A stretch of DNA of 64,000 bases from an uncultured delta proteobacterium (GTDB lineage Bacteria; Desulfobacterota; Desulfobacteria; Desulfobacterales; JAFDCJ01), in NCBI GenBank assembly GCA_963769935.1, contig CAVYNY010000014.1, positions 84,392 through 148,391 on the forward strand. Reading direction: 5' to 3'. Shown here piece after piece: positions 50,699 to 58,716 of the stretch (its first letter is position 1; the number at the start of each line of letters is the position of its first letter). Below the pieces are notes generated by a model. The model did not search any database, had not been told where the DNA came from, and saw nothing but the letters and a program-made list of their open reading frames with translations. The position numbers were made by a program, and so were the translations under genes.

Positions 50699-51595
50699 AT
50701 GATGATTGCACTGAATTTAATAGGACCGATTATGGGACTTGTGAGCTTTGTGCTCTTCATAATCGTTCTGGTCAACTCATTTAAATATGGTGGCGTACTG
50801 AAAGGTATCCTGGGAATCATTACTTTCGGCCTTTTCACGTTTATCTGGGGTTGGATGGAGCACAAACATCTGAAACTGACCAAAATAATGGCTACCTGGA
50901 GTATCCTGACGGTAGCGGGAATGGCGGTAACGGGCACGGTTCTGGCTATGGGAATCAGCAGTGCCTTGATGCTGCCGCAATACCTGCAACAAATGACCGG
51001 CAATGCCAGTGTGAAATTAACAAATTTAAAATCATGGAACAAAACATCCAAAACTGATTTGGCCGGCGAACATAAAAAGACGGTGCCGACACTCGCGGTC
51101 GCCGCTGAAAAAAAAATGGTCGCCCGGCGGGATGAGGCCGATGTTGACTGGAGCCGGAAAGCCATGGCGCTGTGGGCGGGCAATAAATATAAGGACGCAC
51201 GAGCGGCCATCAATTATTGGGGCCGCGCCATCAGCAGCCGGCAAAATACCGTCAGCGCCTACAACAACCGCGGCTTGGCTTACCATGAACTGAAGCAGTA
51301 CCAGGAGGCGATCAGCGATTATAATCAGGCCATCAAGCTGGATCGGGAATATGCGGCAGCCTATAACAATCGGGGGAATTCCTACTATGAGCTGAGCGAA
51401 TATCAGCTGGCATTGCGTGATTTCAACCAGAGTCTGAAGCTGAAACCCGACTACGCGAATGCATATTTAAATCGCGGATTGGTATTCTATCAAATAGATA
51501 AAAACAGCGAGGCCTGCAGCGATTTTCAGAAATCCTGCAATCAGGGGGATTGCGACGGCATGAAGTGGGCCGTGAAAAACGGCATCTGCAAATAG
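50699..51595 (+). CDS. Membrane protein with C-terminal TPR repeats
   Basis: Three N-terminal TMs; TPR units AYNNRG, AYNNRG and AYLNRG. Confidence 0.85.
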   Translation: MMIALNLIGPIMGLVSFVLFIIVLVNSFKYGGVLKGILGIITFGLFTFIWGWMEHKHLKLTKIMATWSILTVAGMAVTGTVLAMGISSALMLPQYLQQMTGNASVKLTNLKSWNKTSKTDLAGEHKKTVPTLAVAAEKKMVARRDEADVDWSRKAMALWAGNKYKDARAAINYWGRAISSRQNTVSAYNNRGLAYHELKQYQEAISDYNQAIKLDREYAAAYNNRGNSYYELSEYQLALRDFNQSLKLKPDYANAYLNRGLVFYQIDKNSEACSDFQKSCNQGDCDGMKWAVKNGICK

Positions 51596-51717
51596 GAAAG
51601 GGCAGGGTGGGAATTTCCCCGGCCGCGGCTCGCCGATCTTTACCGGATAAGAATTGAAGTCCCTGTTAACAGCGGGAACGAATTAAGGCCTGCCGGTATC
51701 AATCTGCCGTTTCCCGG

Positions 51718-52971
51718 TCATTGTACCAGAGCGTCTGCAACCATGGAACTCAGGAATTTAACCTCAACACCCATTTTGTAATGATCATTTAAATTGCTGA
51801 GTTGGGTGTGACAGTTTTCGCAGGCGGTTGCCAGGGTCGCGGCGCCGGAGGCCTTGACCTGGTCCACCTTGACCCGGGACGACTTCATCCGAAAATCCAA
51901 GGTTTCATCACCCAGGGCCACCAGGCCGCCGCCGCCGCCGCAACACCAGTTGTATTTGGGATCCGGCGTCATTTCCCGGAATTCGTCCGTCAGGTGCTGC
52001 AGAATATAGCGCGGTTCGTCAATTACGCCGCCGTTTCTGGCAATCTGGCAGGGATCGTGGTAGGTGATCGGCCCGTGCAGTTTCGTCTTGTCCAGCTTGA
52101 TGCGGCCTTCGCGCAGGTAGCGGGCGTGCACCTCGGTAATGGAAACCACGTTGAAAGGCTGTTTGCCGGAAAGCTGCTTCATCACCCGGTACGCCGTGCC
52201 GCACTCACAAATGCAGACTTCTTTAACCTTCAACCGAATGGCCTCATTGACAATGCGATTTAAAATCAGCTTGGTTTTGGTAGGATCGCCGACGAAGGCC
52301 CCAAAATTGACGGCCTCAAAAAAGCTCAATGTCCAGTTTTCTCCGGCGGCATTGAAAATGGCGGCTGCCGGGATAATGGAATGGGCGCCGGCCAGGGCCA
52401 CATAAAGCAGATCGGCGCCTTCCACATCCACCGGTATGGCACTCTTGCCGGCCTCCAGCTGCCACTTTTCAACCACTTCTTTTTCAAGCCGTTTGACACC
52501 GTCCAGGAAGCCTTCCTTGAAAAGGTCCAGCGATTTACCTTTTTCAACGGAAGTGTCCGCCAGCATGGTCAGGATTTCCGGTTCGGCATGGGCGCCGATG
52601 AGCAGCAACTTGGCGATCGACATAATCATCTGGGTGTCGATACCGAACGGGCAATAAACCATGCAGCGCCGGCATCCGGTGCACGAATAGGCCGCCTCGA
52701 ACAGCTCTTCGACGGCCATCTCGGTCAATTCTTTGGCTTCGCCCAGCGAGGGCCAGAATTTTCCGCGGGCCTTGAAATATTTCTTGTAAAGCCGGCGAAC
52801 GATCTCAGCCCGATAGGCAGCGATGTATTTCACCTGCCCCATGGAGGCATACACATGGCAGGCCTCGATACATACGCCACAGCGTGTGCAGGTTTCCAGG
52901 TAAAGCCGCATCGCTTCATTAAGCTTGCTCTGAAAAAGTTTGAGCAAATCATCTCTTGTTTTCTGATCCAT
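51718..52971 (-). CDS. CCG-domain Fe-S oxidoreductase (DsrK/TmcB/HmcF/HdrD-like)
   Basis: CTRCGVCIEAC, CTGCRRCMVYCPFGID, ECG, YHDPC, CCGGGGG and ACENC. Confidence 0.9.
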   Translation of the reverse strand: MDQKTRDDLLKLFQSKLNEAMRLYLETCTRCGVCIEACHVYASMGQVKYIAAYRAEIVRRLYKKYFKARGKFWPSLGEAKELTEMAVEELFEAAYSCTGCRRCMVYCPFGIDTQMIMSIAKLLLIGAHAEPEILTMLADTSVEKGKSLDLFKEGFLDGVKRLEKEVVEKWQLEAGKSAIPVDVEGADLLYVALAGAHSIIPAAAIFNAAGENWTLSFFEAVNFGAFVGDPTKTKLILNRIVNEAIRLKVKEVCICECGTAYRVMKQLSGKQPFNVVSITEVHARYLREGRIKLDKTKLHGPITYHDPCQIARNGGVIDEPRYILQHLTDEFREMTPDPKYNWCCGGGGGLVALGDETLDFRMKSSRVKVDQVKASGAATLATACENCHTQLSNLNDHYKMGVEVKFLSSMVADALVQ

Positions 52972-52984
52972 AACTTTGTCCTTA

Positions 52985-53695
52985 TTACCCCCTTCGCAGC
53001 TTATTCATCGGCAGTGAAAGAAAAGAGTGCATGCTCTGGCTGAAAGGAAAAAATATTAAGAACAGGTTGGCAAAAAATATGTGCAGCACCAGCATGAAGG
53101 AATGCCCGGCGTCTGTTACCGCATCCGGCAGATAGGGCTGCAGGACCAGCAGGCTCATAAGGTAGTCCCGATAATCTTCCACCGTTATACCCTCGTAACC
53201 GTACCATCTTCTGGCCCAATCCATCTCACTGCCGAAGATGACGATCAGAAATAATAAAACCAGCAGATAATAGTCTTCCGGTACCGACAGTTCTCTGACC
53301 GGAGATAGAAACCGTCGAAACAGAAAATAAAGCAACGCAACGGCGCCGAAAAGTCCGACGAACCCTTGCCCCAGAAAGACTTCATGGGGAATAATTTGAA
53401 AAATCGCAAACTGATCGAACAACTCCAGATGCCCGATTATCAAAAGCAAGAGACAGATGTGAAAAAGCATCAGGAAAACCCAAAGTACGGGTTTGTGCCG
53501 TCTCACGCTCGGAAACAAAAAGGTGTCGTGAAGGGCCCACAGCCAGCGGGGGTTTTTCTCAGGATAAATTTGTAAGGTGGTGGGATGTTCAGGTGTCCGG
53601 AATATCTTGATCAACCTTATGGTGGTGCCGATGAAAAAAGTCGCCAACGCCATATAGACCATCGGCACCAGAATGAAATAAACCAGTGTTGGCAC
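52985..53695 (-). CDS. NarI-family membrane cytochrome b (DsrM/TmcC/HmcE-like)
   Basis: GTG start after GGAGG; heme-type His residues in LFH...IGH and VLH...FPFSQSMH; FRR...SVPEDY. Confidence 0.85.
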   Translation of the reverse strand: MPTLVYFILVPMVYMALATFFIGTTIRLIKIFRTPEHPTTLQIYPEKNPRWLWALHDTFLFPSVRRHKPVLWVFLMLFHICLLLLIIGHLELFDQFAIFQIIPHEVFLGQGFVGLFGAVALLYFLFRRFLSPVRELSVPEDYYLLVLLFLIVIFGSEMDWARRWYGYEGITVEDYRDYLMSLLVLQPYLPDAVTDAGHSFMLVLHIFFANLFLIFFPFSQSMHSFLSLPMNKLRRG

Positions 53696-53713
53696 AGTCG
53701 CCTCCCGAAATTT

Positions 53714-53850
53714 GCGCGCAGAGAGCACGGAGCAGAGAGCATAGAGCAAAGGGCATAGCGTCGAACAAAAAGCTATTCAACCAGGTGTTAAAATCACAAG
53801 ACGTTCAATTCATGCGCTAGGCTCTATGCGCCCTGCCCCAGGCCCCATGC
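53714..53850. repeat. Inverted heptamer-repeat element inside the sulfur operon
   Basis: gcagagagcacggagcagagagcatagagcaaagggcatagcg ... catgcgctaggctctatgcgccctgc. Confidence 0.65.
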
Positions 53851-53858
53851 TTTTTGCT

Positions 53859-54101
53859 TTATACCAATCGTTTAATATAAAATCTGATCAGCTTGTCCTC
53901 CTGGTCGGTTTTCACGATTTCGTTGCCGCTGGTTTTGGCCCAGGCAGGAAAATCGGTTAAGGCACCGGGGTCGGTTGTCTGCGCTTCTATGACCTGGCCG
54001 ACTTGAACTTCTTTGATTCCTTTGCTGACTTTGACAATCGGCATGGGACATGCCAGGCCCTTTAAGTCAAATACTTTTGCTACTTGGATTTCGTCACTCA
54101 T
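53859..54101 (-). CDS. tusA: Sulfur carrier TusA
   Basis: DLKGLACPMP and TDPG...DFPAWA...GN. Confidence 0.9.
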   Translation of the reverse strand: MSDEIQVAKVFDLKGLACPMPIVKVSKGIKEVQVGQVIEAQTTDPGALTDFPAWAKTSGNEIVKTDQEDKLIRFYIKRLV

Positions 54102-54129
54102 TTGATTTCTCCTGAAATTAACGTTTACA

Positions 54130-54682
54130 TTAAATAAAAAGCTGAACTTTGGCGTTTTGGGCTTCGGCCAGAAAGGTTGCTACACCGCCGAAACCCAGGT
54201 CTTTATAGTCAATAAATTCCTCGCGGCTGAAGCCCATCAGGTCCATGGACATCTCACACACGTAAATCCTGACGCCCAACTCTTCGGCCAGGGACACCAT
54301 CTCTTCCAGGGAGGCCACATTTTTCTTCTTCATCAGGGATTTCATCATGGCCGTTCCCATTCCGCCCATATTCATATTGGAAAGTTTCACATCACCGGTG
54401 CCCTTCGGCAGCATGGCACCGAACATCTTGCCCATCATGTCTTTGCCGCCAACCTTTTTTTTCTTGTCTCTGAGGACCGAGGTACCCCAGAATGTAAAAA
54501 ACATTACGACTTCCATTCCCATTGCGACAGCTCCGGTAGCGATAACGAAGGCGGCCAAGCACCTTGTCCAGATCACCACTGAAGACCACCATTGCCAATT
54601 TGTTTTCCGCAGTTTTTTTGCTGACGGCCTCAACTTGAGCTTTGAGTTCCTCAAGCTGGGTTTCAATATTTTGCATATCCAT
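54130..54682 (-). pseudogene. DsrE2/DrsE-family sulfurtransferase with a +1 frameshift near 54557 (pseudogene or sequence error)
   Basis: VVFSGDLDKVL in one frame continues as AAFVIATGAVAMG...FFTFWG...YVCEMSMDLMG in the next; junction GTG CTT G GCC GCC. Confidence 0.85.
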
Positions 54683-54861
54683 GCCGTGCCTCCCTTGACT
54701 ATATTGTTAACATTATTTATTTCATGATTAAGGTAACTTGCAAAAAATATCCCGATAATTAGTCCTCGCCATGAACCTTTATTGCAAAAAATTTTATTTT
54801 TTCGCCCCGCCTGGTGTTGAGCCGGCCAAAAATTAAAACAGTCAGGTATCCTGGCTGTGAT

Positions 54862-55341
54862 TCACACCATCAATTCCTTGACAGCCTCCATGGACGCTTT
54901 GAGAATATCCAGATTTGTCAGTACCGATTGACGCTGATCCGGCGCCATCTGAGATAGTACCCGGCCATGGATATCATTTAAAAACTGATTGATTTCATTT
55001 AATTTTATTTGTCCGTCCGGGGTAAGGCTGAGCAAACTGATGCGTGAATCTTCGGGATCCTTGATTCTTTGGATCAACTTCTTGCTGATTAATCCCTCGA
55101 TAATTTTGGATACCCGACTTTTGACCACATTCATCTTGTGGGCAATGCTTTTGGCCGTCAGATAGCGCTCTTCACCGAACAATGTCAGACAGCGCAGCTC
55201 CGCGTCCGGCAGATTGAATCGTTCGCATTGGTACTGCATGCGCTCCTGGCAGCATTGAAACAGTTTCGCAATAGTTTCCTGAAATTTTTCCACTTGATAT
55301 TGCGAAATATCGGGGCCGCTGTTTTCCCTAAATTCGTTCAT
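54862..55341 (-). CDS. MarR-family transcriptional regulator
   Basis: wHTH SIAHKMNVVKSRVSKIIEGLISKKLIQR...DPEDSR...LTPDG. Confidence 0.9.
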   Translation of the reverse strand: MNEFRENSGPDISQYQVEKFQETIAKLFQCCQERMQYQCERFNLPDAELRCLTLFGEERYLTAKSIAHKMNVVKSRVSKIIEGLISKKLIQRIKDPEDSRISLLSLTPDGQIKLNEINQFLNDIHGRVLSQMAPDQRQSVLTNLDILKASMEAVKELMV

Positions 55342-55376
55342 ACCGTGAACTATAACACGGGTAGTCTATTTGTCAA
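55342..55376 (-). promoter_or_regulatory. Sigma70 promoter of marR with overlapping palindrome (probably leaderless)
   Basis: Minus strand TTGACA-16 nt-TATAGT-7 nt-ATG; inverted repeat CCGTG(55343)...CACGG(55360) spans the -10. Confidence 0.65.
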
Positions 55377-55500
55377 GTGCTTTTTCTGCTTTTTATCCAC
55401 CAAGAAGTCAATTTACTTTGCCGAAATATTATATTATAATTAAATCTCAATAATTCAAATGGCTTTGACGGACTTAGATGCTTTCTTGAAGGAGGAAAAC

Positions 55501-56049
55501 ATGCATAAAAAGCTGCACCTCGCTGTCATTCTTTGCGCGATTTTTTTAGTGTTAATTTTCTTGCCGGCCTGTTCAAAAAATACGACCGCCATGGGGAAAT
55601 CCGATACCACGGTGCAGGAGCAGGAATTGGAAGCGCAAAAAGTCAGAGAGCAACTTGAACAAGAACAGCAGGCACGTGAGGATAAAAAACGTGAGCTTAG
55701 AGCAGAAAAGATCAAATTCACGTATGAAGACATCTATTTTGAAAAAGGCAGTTATCGGCTGGCGCCGGACACCCGGGAATTGTTGCAGCGCAAGGCTCAG
55801 TGGCTGGAGAAACATCCGGATGTCAAAGTGATCATCGAAGGCCATACCGACGAGGCTGGATCAAAAGAGTACAATTTTGCTCTGGGAGATCGGCGCGCGG
55901 GTGCCGTAAAATCATTTTTAATCGGCGAGGGAATCGCACCGGCACGCTTGATTGCCGTCAGTTATGGCAACGAGCGGCCCATTGACGCCGGCAACACGGA
56001 AAAAGCACGGTCTAAAAACAGGCGGGTAAATTTTGTAGTAGAGGAATAG
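55501..56049 (+). CDS. pal: Peptidoglycan-associated lipoprotein (OmpA family)
   Basis: Lipobox LPAC; IEGHTDEAGSKEYNFALGDRRA, SYGNERP and KNRRV. Confidence 0.85.
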   Translation: MHKKLHLAVILCAIFLVLIFLPACSKNTTAMGKSDTTVQEQELEAQKVREQLEQEQQAREDKKRELRAEKIKFTYEDIYFEKGSYRLAPDTRELLQRKAQWLEKHPDVKVIIEGHTDEAGSKEYNFALGDRRAGAVKSFLIGEGIAPARLIAVSYGNERPIDAGNTEKARSKNRRVNFVVEE

Positions 56050-56050
56050 C

Positions 56051-57214
56051 CTAGCTATACTTGGAAATCTCCCCGAACGTTTTAATTTCGGAGGGCAAAT
56101 CATCCACTTCGATTGTCAGAGCCACCCGAAGTGCAAAAGCCCTTTCGATCACGTTCTCCAGTTGGATCACATTGCCCGGCCAATTATAGCGCAGCAAAAC
56201 ATCCAGCGCATCCGGCGATATATTCAAGACCTTGTTTTCACTTTTTAAGTTGAATTTATGCAGGTAATCGTTTATTAGCAGACAAATATCCTCTTTGCGG
56301 TCTCTGAGCGGGGGCACGCGGATCGTAACATCGCTGATACAGTTGTAAAACTCCTGGTCAAAAATTTCCTTTTGGACGGCCTCTCTCAGGTCCCGGTTGG
56401 TAGCGGCCAACAACCGGATGCCGTTCCCCGCATTGCCGTTTGCGGCTGCCTGATTTCGACTGTACGCTTTAAATGCCCGGCTGATAATGGCCTGTATATC
56501 CGCGGAAATTTCGGCAATTTCGTCAAAAAAGACCGCACCCCCGGCGGCGGATTTAAACAGATCAACCGTGTGTTCATGCAGTCGGTCCCGGGCAATGCCC
56601 TTAAAGCTTTTACAATTTACAGGCATAAACTGTTTATTGCTCCGATCACTGTTTCTATGAATCACATGCGCGATCAGTTCCTTGCCGGTTCCACTCTCCC
56701 CCTGTATCAAAACGTTGGGGCTGCTGTTGCTCATGCGATCGATCTGTTCGTAGATTTCCCTCATGCTGAGACTGATCCCGACCAACTGATCGAATTTATG
56801 CCTTTCCTTAAGGCGGGATTTCAAAACAACATTTTCCTGCTTGAGCTTTTTGGCTTCTGATATTTTATCGATCAGGATTCTGAGAATATCCAATTTGAAC
56901 GGCTTCTGGATGTAGTCATAGCTGCCGAATTTCATGGCCTGGATGGCCGATTCCATGGTGCCGTGCCCGGTGACCATGATAACCTCGGTCGCCGGTCGGT
57001 ATTCTTTGATCACAGCCAGCAGTTCCAAACCGTCTATGTCGGGCATTTTAAAGTCGGTAAAGACAATATCAAAATCTTTTTCCTTTATGAGGTCAAGGGC
57101 ATGGAGGCCGCTGTCCACCGCCGTAATCTTGTAGTCAAAGGCGGTCAGATACTCTTCTACCAGCGACAGGATCGTCCTGTCGTCATCCACAAATAAAATT
57201 TCAAAATCCTTCAT
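56051..57214 (-). CDS. REC + degenerate sigma54 AAA+ protein (no GAFTGA, no HTH)
   Basis: REC (VDDD...TDFKMP...KPF), Walker A GESGTGKE and Walker B FFDE; GAFTGA loop absent; ends right after the AAA+ domain. Confidence 0.85.
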   Translation of the reverse strand: MKDFEILFVDDDRTILSLVEEYLTAFDYKITAVDSGLHALDLIKEKDFDIVFTDFKMPDIDGLELLAVIKEYRPATEVIMVTGHGTMESAIQAMKFGSYDYIQKPFKLDILRILIDKISEAKKLKQENVVLKSRLKERHKFDQLVGISLSMREIYEQIDRMSNSSPNVLIQGESGTGKELIAHVIHRNSDRSNKQFMPVNCKSFKGIARDRLHEHTVDLFKSAAGGAVFFDEIAEISADIQAIISRAFKAYSRNQAAANGNAGNGIRLLAATNRDLREAVQKEIFDQEFYNCISDVTIRVPPLRDRKEDICLLINDYLHKFNLKSENKVLNISPDALDVLLRYNWPGNVIQLENVIERAFALRVALTIEVDDLPSEIKTFGEISKYS

Positions 57215-57276
57215 GGTTTCCTCCACCGACCCTCACCGGCGCAACGGATTGCCATCTCAGCTTCTACTCGGATGAT

Positions 57277-58317
57277 TCAGTTTTCCGAATCAGAATCTCT
57301 TCCCAAATTATACCGCTTAATTTTTTCAACCAGGGTCGTTCTTTTTATCCTGAGAAGCTCGGCGGCTTTGTTTTTTACCCAGTTTGTTTTTTCCAGGGCA
57401 CTCACTATCAGCGCCTTTTCAAACTCACTAACGGCGGTGTTAAACGATATTCCCCCGCCTTCCGCTTCCAATTTGCGCTTCGGCTGCCGGCTGCCTTCAG
57501 TTCGGATTTTTTCGGGCAGGTCTGCGGGAACTATTTGTTCCCCATCGTGCAGCACAACGAGTCTTTCAATCAAATTTCTGAGTTCGCGCACATTGCCCGG
57601 CCAGGAATAATTCACCAGAACCTTCATGGCTTCATCGGATATCTTAGCCGGTTCGGCGGAATTTTTTTTACTGAATTCCCCTAGAAAGTAGGAAACGAGA
57701 TAGGGAATATCAGCCTTGCGTTCCTTCAGGGTCGGCAGCATGATCGGTATCACATAGAGACGGTAGAAAAGATCTTCGCGGAAATTCCCCTTTTGAACTT
57801 CTTCTTCCAAATCTCTGTGAGTTGCGGCAATAATCCTGGCATCGGTCTTGATGGTCTCGTTGCCTCCGACGCGTTCAAATTCGCCTTCTTCGAGCACCCT
57901 TAATACTTTCACCTGAAGATCGGCACTCATATCACCAATTTCGTCTAGAAAGATGGTGCCGCCTTTGGCCATTTCGAACTTGCCCGGTTTATCTGATGTC
58001 GCGCCGGTAAAGGCTCCCCGCCGGTACCCGAAAAACTCGCTCTCCAGCAGCCCTTCAGGGGTTGCGCCGCAGTTGATCTGGACAAAAGGTCTGTCATTGC
58101 GGCCCGAAGCCTGGTGAATGGCGCGGGCGATGAGCCCTTTTCCCGTTCCCGTCTCTCCGTTTAGCATGATGGTGGTGTCGCTGCCGGCCACTTTTTCGAC
58201 GATTCTGAAGATTCTTTGCATGGCGGGACCGCGACCGATGATATCTTTGAATATAACCTGGGACTGTATTTTAATCGGGATAACTTTGTTTCTCAGCTGA
58301 AGATTTGAATCAGTCAT
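57277..58317 (-). CDS. Sigma54 enhancer-binding protein without a regulatory domain (AAA+ and Fis HTH)
   Basis: GETGTGK, ESEFFG, GAFTGA, FLDEIGD, REDLFYRL, WPGNVREL; HTH KAAELLRIKRTTLVEK. Confidence 0.92.
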   Translation of the reverse strand: MTDSNLQLRNKVIPIKIQSQVIFKDIIGRGPAMQRIFRIVEKVAGSDTTIMLNGETGTGKGLIARAIHQASGRNDRPFVQINCGATPEGLLESEFFGYRRGAFTGATSDKPGKFEMAKGGTIFLDEIGDMSADLQVKVLRVLEEGEFERVGGNETIKTDARIIAATHRDLEEEVQKGNFREDLFYRLYVIPIMLPTLKERKADIPYLVSYFLGEFSKKNSAEPAKISDEAMKVLVNYSWPGNVRELRNLIERLVVLHDGEQIVPADLPEKIRTEGSRQPKRKLEAEGGGISFNTAVSEFEKALIVSALEKTNWVKNKAAELLRIKRTTLVEKIKRYNLGRDSDSEN

Positions 58318-58716
58318 GACTTGTTTCCCCGTATAGTTGAAAACACGCTTGATTTGCGGCTGTCGGAACCATGAGGCACCGCAATTGTCTTACTAATGTA
58401 ACTGAATTTGGCTAAAGTCAAGACAAGAATACACCTAATTCACTATTTTTCAATATCTTAATGCCAATTGCGCGAACCAGTCTAATTTTGAGTGAACCCT
58501 CAGGTTTCAGCGGCCCACCATAATTTCTGCCCTTGAACGATTCGGCTTGAGACTATTTGCGACCGAACCTTTACCATCGCATTTTTTTCTGTTATTTTTT
58601 TGATGCGTTACCGTCTATGGGCCTTCTGATTTAGAATTCACCTGGTACGGAAGTCGCCCGTTCCAGGGGCTCTGGACTATTTTTCAGTCGGATTGCAAAA
58701 ATGGAATAATTGAATT

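Noticed and set aside
56380..56640. Compensating frameshifts hiding a GAFTGA motif in the REC-AAA+ gene
   Set aside because: The alternative minus-strand ORF (56386-56595) shows no ESELFG or GAFTGA, and the segment is 12 codons shorter than in the neighbouring bEBP.
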